Assembly (NCBI GenBank): GCA_003166915.1
Contig: PMUK01000155.1
Coordinates: forward strand, 5,600-69,599
Direction of reading: 5' to 3'
Length of the DNA stretch: 64,000 nt
DNA from: Vulcanimicrobiota bacterium
GTDB taxonomy: Bacteria; Vulcanimicrobiota; Vulcanimicrobiia; Vulcanimicrobiales; Vulcanimicrobiaceae
Position 1 is the first letter of the stretch, and every line of letters starts with the position of its first letter. Positions 1 to 8,785 of this stretch are shown here, in pieces. The notes below the pieces were generated by a model. The model was not told the DNA's origin and did not search any database. It worked only from the letters and a program-made list of their open reading frames with translations. The position numbers were made by a program, and so were the translations under genes.

Positions 1-336
1 GGGAGTGCGCTCTTCTCCTCGGCTCCGGCACTTTTAGCGCTTGGCACGACGACGACTCAAAGCAGCGCGCCGGAAGCCGTCACGTGGCATCCGTCGGTCG
101 ACTCGACCGGCAATCACGCGCAGATACTCGGATTCGTTCGGCGCACGCAACCGCCACCGGACGAATCGCTGCCGCAAGCGCAGACCGAGACCCTCTCTTG
201 GAAGGTCGCGCGCGGCGGCGCGGACGGAATCGCGGTCGAGTTGCCCTCGCGCGGCGGGCGTTATTTCCTCTCGGCGCTCGACATCTCCGACGACGGAAGC
301 GTGAGCGCCGGCTCGTCGATCGTCGAGGTTCGCTGA
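1..336 (+). CDS. 3' end of an upstream gene (last 111 codons, unknown function; partial at window edge)
   Basis: Frame 1 is open from nt 1 to TGA at 334-336 with mostly G/C third positions (...VELPSRGGRYFLSALDISDDGSVSAGSSIVEVR*). It is absent from the ORF track because no start codon lies inside the window. It ends 4 nt before the polA GTG. Confidence 0.4.
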   Translation, partial: GSALFSSAPALLALGTTTTQSSAPEAVTWHPSVDSTGNHAQILGFVRRTQPPPDESLPQAQTETLSWKVARGGADGIAVELPSRGGRYFLSALDISDDGSVSAGSSIVEVR

Positions 337-340
337 CGCC

Positions 341-2962
341 GTGGCGCTGATGCTGCTCGACACGTACGGTCTGGTCTACCGGGCGTATTTTGCGCTTCCC
401 GGACTAACCACGAGTACCGGGACGCCGATCAATGCCGTCTATGGCTTCACGATGATGCTCAACAAACTTATCGCAGACGAGAAGCCGACCCACGTGGTAG
501 CGGCCTTCGATAAAGGCATGCCGGCCGAGCGCGTCGCGTTGTTTGCGGAGTATAAAGCGCAGCGGCGCGCTATGCCCGACGACCTGCGCGGACAGTTCGT
601 ACTCGTGCGACAAGTTCTGGCGACCTATCGGATCCCCGTCGTTGAAATGGAAGGCCAAGAAGCGGACGATGTCATCGCGACGCTCGCGCGCCAAGCGAAA
701 GAGGCCGGCGAGCAAACGATCGTGGTCACCGGCGATCTCGATTTATTGCAGATCGTCAACGATCGCGTCACCGTGCTCGTGACGAGGCGCGGCATAACGG
801 AGCTTGGGCGCTACGATCCGCTCGCCGTTCGGCAACGCTTTGGGCTCGAACCCGCGCAACTGCCCGATTACCGCGGCCTCAAAGGGGACCCATCGGACAA
901 CCTTCCCGGAATTCCCGGCGTGGGCGAAAAGACCGCAAGCAAACTTCTCCAGGCGGCCGGCTCTCTCGACGCGCTCGTATCGAATCCGGCCCTTGCGGGC
1001 AATCCGAAGCTGGAACGCTTGATCGAAGAGTACGGGCAGCAGGCCTGCCTCTGCCGAGCCGTTTCCGTCGTACGCAGCGACTTGCCGTTGATGGTCGATT
1101 GGGAAGGTAGCCGCTACACCGTGCCATCCGACCCCGAGCTCTATCGTCTCTACGGCGAGCTCGAGTTCAAGACGCTGTTGGCAAGACTCCAGCCGCCGTC
1201 GGATCTGCCGCTGCTCGAGACCACGGCAAAAGTAAGCGGCGACTACCGAAGCTACGTGCCGTCGGTCGATCCGCCGGAGTTCGCGAGCCTGGCGCAGGAG
1301 CTGCTTTCGTTACGCGGCGCCGGACGCGTCGTCTTTGCGCCGATCGGCGATGCGATCGGAGTGACCGCCCGCGAAGGCCAAGGCGTTGCCTTTTCCATCA
1401 GCGCGCTCTCTCACGAAAACGTGCGAGATGCGGTGCGGGGACTCTTGGACGGTTCTAATCGCGCCGGCGGCTACGACGTCAAGAAGCTGGTTCACATTTT
1501 TCATTCCGCGGGGATCCGTGGCACCCGATTTTTCGACGATGCGATGATCGCCGCGCATTTGCTCGACCCCACGCGCGGCTTTGCCGACGTCGAGGATGCG
1601 GCGTCGCAGTTCTTGGGTCTCGGATTGCCCGGCGACGCGGCGCCGGCTGCCGATGCGGCGTTCCGGCTCATCGCCAAAGCGCGAATTGAGCTCGAGCGCC
1701 GCGGCCAGTTGCGGCTTTACGAAGAGTTGGAGTTGCCGCTGGCGCCGGTGCTGGCGAGCATGGAGGAGGCCGGTATAGCCATCGACTCGGACGAACTGCG
1801 CGTTGTCGGCGACCGCGTCGACACGGCGGCCGAGCAGTTACGCAAGCACATATACGATTTCGCAGGCGAAGAGTTCAATATCGGATCGCCGCAGCAGCTC
1901 GGCAAGGTGCTCTTTGGAAAGCTCAACATTCCGGGGGGTAAGAAGACGAAAACGGGATTTGCGACCGGCGTCGAGGTGCTGCAGGGCTTGGCGCGGGATT
2001 ATCCCATCTGCGCGTTGGTCTTGGAATGGCGCGAAGTGACCAAACTCAAGAACACGTACGTCGATGTAATTCCGCAGCTCGTCGATAAAAAGGACGGGCG
2101 CCTGCGCACTGAGTTCAACCAAACCGCGACGGCGACGGGTCGTCTCTCGTCCACCAACCCCAATCTGCAAAACATTCCGGTGCGCGGCGAGCTTGGGCGA
2201 CGGATTCGCCGCGCCTTCATCGCAAAGAGTGATGCCTACGTTTTGCTCGCTGCGGACTACAGCCAGATCGAGCTTCGTGTGATGGCGCATCTTTCGGGCG
2301 ATGAAGGGCTGCGGCGGGCCTTTGCGCAGTCCCAGGACATTCACGACTTCACCGCGCGCCAAATCTTCGGCGTCGCACCCGGCGTGCCGGTCGATCCCAA
2401 TCAACGCAGGATGGCAAAGAGCGTCAATTTCGGGCTCTTCTACGGAATGTCGGATTTTGGGCTAGCGCAGCGCCTCGAGATCGGCCGTGCCGAAGCCAAA
2501 GAGATTACGACGGCGTACTTCGCGCGTTTTCCGGACGTGCGCGGTTATATCGATCGCACGATCGAAGAAGGAAGGCGCAACGGCTACGTCTCGACCATCC
2601 TCGGGCGCCGGCGTTACATGCCGGGATTAACATCCGGCAACTACATGCTGCGTGCCGCAGCGGAGCGGGAAGCGACCAATGCGCCGCTACAAGGTAGCGC
2701 GGCGGATCTCATGAAGCTGGCGATGGTGCGAATCGATCGCGCTCTGCGAGATTCCGAACTCGACGCCACGATGCTGCTGCAGATTCACGACGAGCTTATC
2801 TTCGAGGTGCGTGCGACACAGCTGAGCGAGACCGCGGATCTCGTTCGTTCGCACATGGAGAGCGCCATCGAATTGTCGGTCCCACTAGAAGTGACGCTCA
2901 AAGCGGGGCGAAACTGGTACGACGTCGAGCCGATGAACGAAGAAAGCTTCGAGCATGTTTAA
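341..2962 (+). CDS. polA: DNA polymerase I
   Basis: 873 aa. The N-terminal 5'-3' exonuclease pattern is present (LLDTYGLVYRAYFAL, GDPSDNLPGIPGVGEKTA). The C-terminal family-A polymerase motifs are present (LLAADYSQIELRVMAH, RRMAKSVNFGLFYGMS, LLQIHDELIFE). Confidence 0.97.
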   Translation: MALMLLDTYGLVYRAYFALPGLTTSTGTPINAVYGFTMMLNKLIADEKPTHVVAAFDKGMPAERVALFAEYKAQRRAMPDDLRGQFVLVRQVLATYRIPVVEMEGQEADDVIATLARQAKEAGEQTIVVTGDLDLLQIVNDRVTVLVTRRGITELGRYDPLAVRQRFGLEPAQLPDYRGLKGDPSDNLPGIPGVGEKTASKLLQAAGSLDALVSNPALAGNPKLERLIEEYGQQACLCRAVSVVRSDLPLMVDWEGSRYTVPSDPELYRLYGELEFKTLLARLQPPSDLPLLETTAKVSGDYRSYVPSVDPPEFASLAQELLSLRGAGRVVFAPIGDAIGVTAREGQGVAFSISALSHENVRDAVRGLLDGSNRAGGYDVKKLVHIFHSAGIRGTRFFDDAMIAAHLLDPTRGFADVEDAASQFLGLGLPGDAAPAADAAFRLIAKARIELERRGQLRLYEELELPLAPVLASMEEAGIAIDSDELRVVGDRVDTAAEQLRKHIYDFAGEEFNIGSPQQLGKVLFGKLNIPGGKKTKTGFATGVEVLQGLARDYPICALVLEWREVTKLKNTYVDVIPQLVDKKDGRLRTEFNQTATATGRLSSTNPNLQNIPVRGELGRRIRRAFIAKSDAYVLLAADYSQIELRVMAHLSGDEGLRRAFAQSQDIHDFTARQIFGVAPGVPVDPNQRRMAKSVNFGLFYGMSDFGLAQRLEIGRAEAKEITTAYFARFPDVRGYIDRTIEEGRRNGYVSTILGRRRYMPGLTSGNYMLRAAAEREATNAPLQGSAADLMKLAMVRIDRALRDSELDATMLLQIHDELIFEVRATQLSETADLVRSHMESAIELSVPLEVTLKAGRNWYDVEPMNEESFEHV

Positions 2963-3380
2963 CGCTATCGTTCTTGCAGCCGCGCTCGCCACGATCGTCG
3001 TCCATGCTCCCAAAGCGGATCTGACGCTGGAAACCGCCCGTACTGAAACTACGCGGGAGCAGGGCCTAATGGACCGGGCCGTGTTGGCGCCGCACACGGG
3101 GATGCTGTTCGTTTTCGAGCGCGACGAACGCGTCGATTTTTGGATGAAAGATACGCTGGTGCCGCTGGACATGATCTTTATCGCGGGCGATGGCACGGTA
3201 CGACGCGTCTTCTCCAACGTACCGGTCGTCGCACCAACGCTCCCCGACGAGCAGATTCCTCGAGAAGGGGCGCCGGCGAAATACGTGATCGAGCTGCCGG
3301 CGGGAGAAGCGTCGGCCGATGGAATCGTTGGTGGCGTCAAACTCGACCTGCACGCCGCCCCAGAGTCTCTCTCACCATGA
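2955..3380 (+). CDS. DUF192 domain protein (secreted or membrane-anchored)
   Basis: 141 aa with a hydrophobic N-terminus and a DUF192-like core (GMLFVFERDERVDFWMKDTLVPLDMIFIAGDG). Its ATG overlaps the polA stop (ATGTTTAA). Confidence 0.75.
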   Translation: MFNAIVLAAALATIVVHAPKADLTLETARTETTREQGLMDRAVLAPHTGMLFVFERDERVDFWMKDTLVPLDMIFIAGDGTVRRVFSNVPVVAPTLPDEQIPREGAPAKYVIELPAGEASADGIVGGVKLDLHAAPESLSP

Positions 3381-3416
3381 ACTTACCGAACAGCCTGTCC
3401 TGAGCGGAGTCGAAGG

Positions 3417-4232
3417 ATGCCCGAATTGCCCGAGGTCGAAACGATCGTGCGCGGCCTGCGCCGATCCGTCGTCGGCAAGACGATCGCATCTGCCGACGTA
3501 AGACTCGCTCGCATGGTTGTTGCGCCCTCCGGTGTGGAGTTTGCGCGGGCAATATCGGGAAGCCGGATCGTGGCAACGCGCCGTCGGGGAAAGTACGCTG
3601 TGATCGAGCTCGACTCCGGCCGCTCGCTCGTCGTGAGTCTACGCATGACGGGCCGGCTCGTCGCAACCTCGCGCGAGGTCCCTGAGTACCCGCGGTCCCA
3701 CGTGGTGCTGCACTTTGTGGACGGCGCCCGGCTGCATTTCGCCGACGTGAGGACGTTCGGGCGAATGCGTCTGGTTGATCCGGGAGAAGCGTGGGACCGG
3801 GAGCTCGGCGTGGAACCGCTCTCGAGCGGCTTTACACCAGAGGCCTTTATCGGTATGCTGGCGGAGCGGACGAGGTCAAGCAAGGCGTTCTTGCTCGATC
3901 AGCGCCGTATCGCAGGCATCGGCAACATTTATGCTTGCGAGGCCCTCTGGGAGGCTCGGATTCGTCCCAGCCGGCCGGCAGGGGCATTGACAAGAGCGGC
4001 AGCCTGCCGCTTACACGACGGCATCGTTAACGTTTTGCGACGCGCCATCACCAAGCGCGGAACGAGCGTCGACGATTACGTGGACGCCGAAGGCCTCAAG
4101 GGCGGTTTTCAAAACCACCTTACGGTTTACGGCAAGCACGGCCGGCTTTGCCCGCGGTGCCGAGCGAGCAGGATCGTGCGCACCGTAGTAGCGCAGCGCG
4201 GAACGTGGTGGTGCCGGAGATGTCAACGATAA
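3417..4232 (+). CDS. mutM: Formamidopyrimidine-DNA glycosylase (Fpg/MutM)
   Basis: 271 aa. It has the diagnostic N-terminus MPELPEVETIVRGL, an H2TH region and a C-terminal zinc finger (CPRCRASRIVRTVVAQRGTWWCRRC). Confidence 0.95.
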   Translation: MPELPEVETIVRGLRRSVVGKTIASADVRLARMVVAPSGVEFARAISGSRIVATRRRGKYAVIELDSGRSLVVSLRMTGRLVATSREVPEYPRSHVVLHFVDGARLHFADVRTFGRMRLVDPGEAWDRELGVEPLSSGFTPEAFIGMLAERTRSSKAFLLDQRRIAGIGNIYACEALWEARIRPSRPAGALTRAAACRLHDGIVNVLRRAITKRGTSVDDYVDAEGLKGGFQNHLTVYGKHGRLCPRCRASRIVRTVVAQRGTWWCRRCQR

Positions 4233-4265
4233 AAAATACAAAAATATAAAGGCAGGATTATTCAA

Positions 4266-5429
4266 ATCTCAACAACGCAAGTCGCTCCCATTCCCGAACA
4301 AGAAGATCAGTTAGCGCTCGAACAGCGCCTGTACGAAGAATCGCTCAAGGTTCTCGACGAGGGACAAGTTCTCACCGGGACCATCGTCCAGAGAGACAAA
4401 GACGAAGTGCTGGTCGACGTCGGCGGAAAGTCCGAAGGCGTACTTCCTTTCCGCGAGTTGTCGCTCGCCATCGATTCCAAACTGCTCAAGGTCGGCGATA
4501 CCATCGAAGTGATGGTTCACCGCATCGACGAAATGGACGGAACGCTCTTTCTCTCCGAGCGTCGGGCACGCGCGCTCAAAACGTGGGAGAAGGTGATCGA
4601 GGCGCACAATCGCGACGAAGTCATCGAAGCGACGGTCACGCAAGTCGTCAAGGGCGGCGTATTGGTCGATCTTGGGATGCGGGGATTCGTACCGGCTTCG
4701 CAGATCCGCCGTCAGCCCGTCGGAAACCTCGACGAGCTGGTAAGTCAGCACCTCCGGCTGAAAGTAATCGACCTCGATCACAAACGCCATCGCGTCGTAC
4801 TTTCGCAACGACTCGTTTTAGAGGAAGAGCTGCAAGCGAAAAAGCAGGAGCTGCTCGACACTCTCGAGGTCGGACAAATCCGCTCGGGAGTCGTGGTGCG
4901 TCTCGCCGATTTCGGCGCATTCGTGGACCTTGGCGGCATCGACGGATTGATTCATAACAGCGAGCTCTCGTACTCGCGAATCAAGCACCCGTCCGAAGTC
5001 GTGAAGATTGGCGACGTCGTGCAGGTCGAGATCATGAAGTTCGATCCCGACGCGAAGAAGGTCAGTCTTTCGCTCAAGCACGCCCTGCCGGATCCGTGGG
5101 ATCAGTACGCCGACCGTCTGTACGAAACCAACAAACTAACGGCTGCAATCGTCAAAGTTACGCCCAACTACATGTTGGTCGAAGTGATTCCCGGCATTCT
5201 TGCCATGGTGCCCAAAGGCGAGTTCGATGCGTCGGCGCAGTTCGTCGCCGGTCAGGAAGTCGAAGTGACGCTCGTGTCGATCAATCATTCAACGCGCCGG
5301 ATCACGGCCTCGATCCAGCACGTCGCCGACGTACCGATCGAGGAAATCGAAAAGTACGCGGTCGAAGAAGAGATCGGCGTAATCGAAACGCCTGCGCCGG
5401 CGCCTCCGGAGCCGCTTCCCGGGCTATAG
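4266..5429 (+). CDS. rpsA: 30S ribosomal protein S1 (four S1/OB repeats); 5' boundary uncertain
   Basis: Repeated S1-domain pattern (G.V..G.V..v..fGafVdlgG.dGlih.SEls). The track ORF starts at GTG 4407, which lies inside the first OB fold. The frame is open back to the mutM stop (4230-4232). No ATG, GTG or TTG exists in 4233-4406. ATC 4266, 8 nt after AGGA at 4254-4257, is listed as a provisional start. Confidence 0.85.
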   Translation: MSTTQVAPIPEQEDQLALEQRLYEESLKVLDEGQVLTGTIVQRDKDEVLVDVGGKSEGVLPFRELSLAIDSKLLKVGDTIEVMVHRIDEMDGTLFLSERRARALKTWEKVIEAHNRDEVIEATVTQVVKGGVLVDLGMRGFVPASQIRRQPVGNLDELVSQHLRLKVIDLDHKRHRVVLSQRLVLEEELQAKKQELLDTLEVGQIRSGVVVRLADFGAFVDLGGIDGLIHNSELSYSRIKHPSEVVKIGDVVQVEIMKFDPDAKKVSLSLKHALPDPWDQYADRLYETNKLTAAIVKVTPNYMLVEVIPGILAMVPKGEFDASAQFVAGQEVEVTLVSINHSTRRITASIQHVADVPIEEIEKYAVEEEIGVIETPAPAPPEPLPGL

Positions 5430-5438
5430 CGCCGCGCC

Positions 5439-6014
5439 ATGCGCGTTGGTTTGACCGGCGGCATCGGAGCGGGGAAGAGCGCGGTCGCCGCGATCCTCGG
5501 CGAGCTTGGCGCTTTCGTCGTCGATACCGATGCCATTGCGCGTGAAGTGGTAGCGCCGCAAAGCGATGGACTCTTAGCCATCGGTCGAGTCTGGCCGCAG
5601 GTCATACGGAACGGCGCCTTGGACCGGGCTGCACTCGCGGACATCGTCTTTAACGACTCCGATGCGCGCGACCGGCTCAACGCGCTGCTCCATCCGCACA
5701 TTCGGCGCATCGCGTTGGAACGGGAGCGACGTGCCAGACCGGACCAGCCGACCGTGCACGTCGTGCCGCTGCTCTTCGAGACCGGCTACGACCGACTTGT
5801 GGACAAGTCCATCGTGGTCGTCGCACCGCTCGAACAACGGATCGCTCGCGTCGTCGAGCGCGACCGCAGCGACGAGGGGCGAGTGCGGGCGCGGATGGGC
5901 GCTCAGGTCGATCCCGACGCGGCACGCGGGCTTGCCGACTTCGTGATAGAAAACAACGGTGACCTTGGGGAACTGCGCGAGCGGACTCGCGCGGTCTACG
6001 AAGCACTTCGCTAA
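5439..6014 (+). CDS. coaE: Dephospho-CoA kinase
   Basis: 191 aa with N-terminal P-loop MRVGLTGGIGAGKSAV and typical CoaE length. polA-rpsA-coaE linkage is common in Terrabacteria-type genomes. Confidence 0.9.
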   Translation: MRVGLTGGIGAGKSAVAAILGELGAFVVDTDAIAREVVAPQSDGLLAIGRVWPQVIRNGALDRAALADIVFNDSDARDRLNALLHPHIRRIALERERRARPDQPTVHVVPLLFETGYDRLVDKSIVVVAPLEQRIARVVERDRSDEGRVRARMGAQVDPDAARGLADFVIENNGDLGELRERTRAVYEALR

Positions 6015-6065
6015 CGCGTTTTAGCTAAATTTGCCTTCAAACCGCGAATTCTCAGCAAATCCGGA

Positions 6066-6090
6066 GTTTGCCGAGCGCTTGTATGGGAAA
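6066..6090 (+). promoter_or_regulatory. Candidate general-stress (sigma-B/sigma-F-type) promoter for the KGG genes
   Basis: GTTTGC (6066-6071), a 13-nt spacer, then GGGAAA (6085-6090). This resembles the GTTTaa-N12-15-GGGtAt consensus. It lies about 35 nt upstream of the AAGGAGGA RBS (6108-6115) of the first KGG gene. Confidence 0.35.
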
Positions 6091-6124
6091 GGAATAGTAC
6101 CCACACCAAGGAGGATGAATCTAG

Positions 6125-6340
6125 ATGGCACAGGATTCGGGACAGTCGGGCGGCATGAGCGTCCGCGAGGCGGGCCGCCGCGGCGGCGAACGCGTTAAAG
6201 CGAAATATGGCTCGGAATTTTATGAAGAAATCGGTCGTAAGGGTGGGGAAGCCACCAAGAGTAAGTATGGGCCCTCGTTCTACGAGGTGATCGGTCAGAA
6301 GGGCGGTCAGCGCCCAAAGCGCAAGGCGACGGCATCATAG
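6125..6340 (+). CDS. KGG-repeat general stress protein (GsiB/YciG/plant Em-LEA1-like)
   Basis: 71 aa, highly hydrophilic. It carries repeats of the type YG.EFYEEIGRKGG (RRGG, RKGG, QKGG) and has a strong RBS. Confidence 0.8.
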   Translation: MAQDSGQSGGMSVREAGRRGGERVKAKYGSEFYEEIGRKGGEATKSKYGPSFYEVIGQKGGQRPKRKATAS

Positions 6341-6367
6341 GGCTTTGCGCAGCGATAGCGACAAGCA

Positions 6368-6682
6368 ATGGCTGAAAAAGCTGAAAAAGACGAACGCGCG
6401 CCAAAGCGTGAGATGTCGGTGCGCGAGGCGGGGAAGAAGGGCGGCGATACCGTCCGCGACCGCTACGGTTCGACGTTCTACGAAGACATCGGCCGCAAAG
6501 GCGGAAAAGCCACGCGCGACCGTCACGGCGTAGAGTTCTACGAGACAATCGGGCAAAAAGGCGGCAAAGTCGTCAAGGAAAAGTACGGCTCGGATTTTTA
6601 CGAAGAGATCGGCCATAAAGGCGGCCAAAAGGTCAAGAAACTGATCGCCGAGGCAAAGAAAAAGCTCGGCGATAAAGACTGA
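6368..6682 (+). CDS. KGG-repeat general stress protein, tandem paralogue
   Basis: 104 aa with five KGG-type units (KKGG, RKGG x1, QKGG, HKGG...). It shares the MSVREAG(K/R)(K/R)GG entry motif with the upstream gene. The intergenic gap is 27 nt, so the two are probably co-transcribed. Confidence 0.85.
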   Translation: MAEKAEKDERAPKREMSVREAGKKGGDTVRDRYGSTFYEDIGRKGGKATRDRHGVEFYETIGQKGGKVVKEKYGSDFYEEIGHKGGQKVKKLIAEAKKKLGDKD

Positions 6683-6686
6683 CAAC

Positions 6687-6720
6687 GTCAGCGGTGGAGT
6701 TCGACTCCCCCGCTGACTTT
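6687..6720 (+). terminator. Strong hairpin after the KGG operon (candidate terminator)
   Basis: GTCAGCGGTGGAGT-tcg-ACTCCCCCGCTGAC forms a 14-bp stem with 1 mismatch, followed by TTT. It starts 5 nt after the KGG stop. It lies inside the last 10 codons of the convergent LptC-like gene. Confidence 0.5.
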
Positions 6721-7260
6721 GCCGAGATGGATGCTGTTGTCGTCAAAATTGACGGTAATATTCGTGATAACGAGCGTCTGACCACCGGAATGTACGTAAC
6801 TTGGATGCGCCATGCGCAATACTTTGGCATCGTTCGTCCACGTCACCAGGTCGGTGTCGAACGAGCGCTTTTCGGGGTCGTCGATCCGTTCGATGTGAAC
6901 CTTTCCGATCGCGGTGAAGTCAAGCGTCGAGATGTTGACCGCAATGTGCTTGGCCGAAATTCGTAGATAAGGCTTTCCCTTTCGAAAAACTATTCCGTTG
7001 CGTACGCCGTCGACGGTGCCGCTCATGCCGTCAGGTGAAAGGCGCGCGTGCTCGTAATCGAAGCTCCAGGATTTCGTCGAGATGTGATTGTTGAGCACGT
7101 GGCCGCCACGCAGCTCGATCGGCGCTTGGCCGGGCGGAAGCGGCGGAACTCCCCTTCCTGCCAACACGATCTCGACGACAACGTAAACAAAGAGAAGGAG
7201 GCCGCCGCCGATGGCCAGCCGTCTCCACAACGCTTTTCTACGGCTCACGCGAACTCGCAA
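6688..7260 (-). CDS. LptC-like protein: N-terminal membrane anchor plus a periplasmic domain that looks beta-rich (OstA/LptC-like) by eye
   Basis: 190 aa with a single N-terminal TM (LAIGGGLLLFVYVVVEIVLA) followed by a domain that looks beta-rich by eye. Size and topology match LptC. The genomic context includes LptD-like and LptF/G genes. There is no decisive motif, so the call is tentative. Confidence 0.45.
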   Translation of the reverse strand: MRVRVSRRKALWRRLAIGGGLLLFVYVVVEIVLAGRGVPPLPPGQAPIELRGGHVLNNHISTKSWSFDYEHARLSPDGMSGTVDGVRNGIVFRKGKPYLRISAKHIAVNISTLDFTAIGKVHIERIDDPEKRSFDTDLVTWTNDAKVLRMAHPSYVHSGGQTLVITNITVNFDDNSIHLGKVSGGVELHR

Positions 7261-8785
7261 ACTCGGCTCGCGCCCGCGGAACCAAGAAGAGGAGCCCGTA
7301 CAAGGCGATCATCGCAAACGCGACGCGTGTCGGGCCGATCCGGGCGAAGATCGTGGGAACTCGCCGGCCCACGGCGCCGATCACGGTGGTTTGCCGCTCG
7401 ATGCGGCTGCGCGTCTGCCACTTTCCGTCCGGGGCAATGATGCCGCTGATGCCGGTCGCCGCGGCCCGCACGACGTAGGTCCCGCTTTCTATGGCTCGGA
7501 GCTGAGCGATTTGTGCGTGCATGTACGGCCCCGAGGTGGTTCCGAACCAGGCATCGTCGGTGCTCACGACGAGAATCTGCGCGTTGCGCTGCATTTGAGC
7601 GTAGGCGAGATCGGCGAAGGCCGACTCCCAGCAGATGAGCGGTGCGATGGGGAGCGCCGTCGTGGCATAGACGCCATCATTTTTCCCGGGAGTCAGACCT
7701 CCGTTGAGCACCCCAATGTAGGGTAGCCACGAGAGGAAGGCTCGGCCCGGAAACCATTCGGCAAAAGCCACGAGTTGACGCTTCCGATAAATATTGGAGT
7801 TGCCGTCCGGCGAGAAGATATAGAGCGCGTTGTAAATTCTAGGCCCGGCGGCATCGATGCCTCCGGCGACGATCGTGGTGTGAAGCCGGCGCGCGAGGCC
7901 CGAAAACTCTGAGAGCAACCCAGGGTCGAGGTTGATCGCCGTCGGGATCGCCGTCTCCGGCCAAACGATCAGTCGCGGATGCACGCGATCCAAGGCGAGC
8001 GTCATCGCCGTATAGCGGCGAACCGCCAGGGCGAGTGCGCTCCATTTGAACGACTGCGGGATGTTGCCTTGCACCGCAGCGACGGGAATCGTCGGAGGCG
8101 GGAGCGCACGCGCCGGCCAGAACGCCCACGCCCCCAGAGTGAGAACCACGATCGACGCGACGGCGGCGCCCAGCGGCCGCCACGTCCTGCGGCGCAGCGC
8201 GTCGGCGGCATACGCGCCAAGCACGCAGAGGACGAACGTGATCCCGTAGGTTCCGGCGTAAGCGGCGATCGCTCGCAGCGGCGTGTCGGCTTGTGTGTAG
8301 CCGAGCTGATCGAAAGGCGCGGCCAGGACGCCGATCGATCGCAGCCACTCGCAGATCGTAAACGCTGCGGCGGCGCCGAGCGGTGCAATGCCGGGACGCA
8401 TGCGAGCGTACGCGATTGCGCAGAGTGCGCCGGCTAACGCGACGAAGGGCGCCTCGATCAGAGCGGGGCCGATTGCGAGAAACGGTCCGAAGGCGCCGAT
8501 ATAGCTTCCGACCGTGTGGCCGACCCACGCAAAGTCGATTGCAAAAAAAATGAACCCAGCTAACCAGCCGAGAAGCGCGGCGCGCTTCCAGGAAGCGCCT
8601 TGCCAAAGCCAGAACAGCATTGCCGTTCCGAACGGGGCGAGCCAGGCTGCGCCAAGCTTCGGAAACGTCGCCGCTAAAATGACGGCCGCGCACGCAGCGA
8701 GGCCTGCATCGCGCAACGACAGCGAGGAGACCATGATACGCAGATTGAGTTTCGGTTTTGTAGTCGTGCTAGTAACAGCGTTCAT
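7238..8785 (-). CDS. lnt: Apolipoprotein N-acyltransferase
   Basis: 515 aa with a multi-TM N-terminal half and a C-terminal CN-hydrolase domain (WPETA..., RKRQLV.F.E, PLICWESAF). The start could instead be the internal ATG at 8734 (MVSSLSL...). Confidence 0.9.
   Translation of the reverse strand: MNAVTSTTTKPKLNLRIMVSSLSLRDAGLAACAAVILAATFPKLGAAWLAPFGTAMLFWLWQGASWKRAALLGWLAGFIFFAIDFAWVGHTVGSYIGAFGPFLAIGPALIEAPFVALAGALCAIAYARMRPGIAPLGAAAAFTICEWLRSIGVLAAPFDQLGYTQADTPLRAIAAYAGTYGITFVLCVLGAYAADALRRRTWRPLGAAVASIVVLTLGAWAFWPARALPPPTIPVAAVQGNIPQSFKWSALALAVRRYTAMTLALDRVHPRLIVWPETAIPTAINLDPGLLSEFSGLARRLHTTIVAGGIDAAGPRIYNALYIFSPDGNSNIYRKRQLVAFAEWFPGRAFLSWLPYIGVLNGGLTPGKNDGVYATTALPIAPLICWESAFADLAYAQMQRNAQILVVSTDDAWFGTTSGPYMHAQIAQLRAIESGTYVVRAAATGISGIIAPDGKWQTRSRIERQTTVIGAVGRRVPTIFARIGPTRVAFAMIALYGLLFLVPRARAEFASSREP

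Noticed and set aside
6691-6717. tRNA T-arm-like sequence GGAGTTCGACTCC inside the KGG terminator hairpin (a possible tRNA fragment or att site)
   Set aside because: The stem closes a 3-nt loop rather than the 7-nt T-loop. No acceptor, D or anticodon arms are present. The sequence lies in the 3' end of the LptC-like CDS, and no integrase is nearby.
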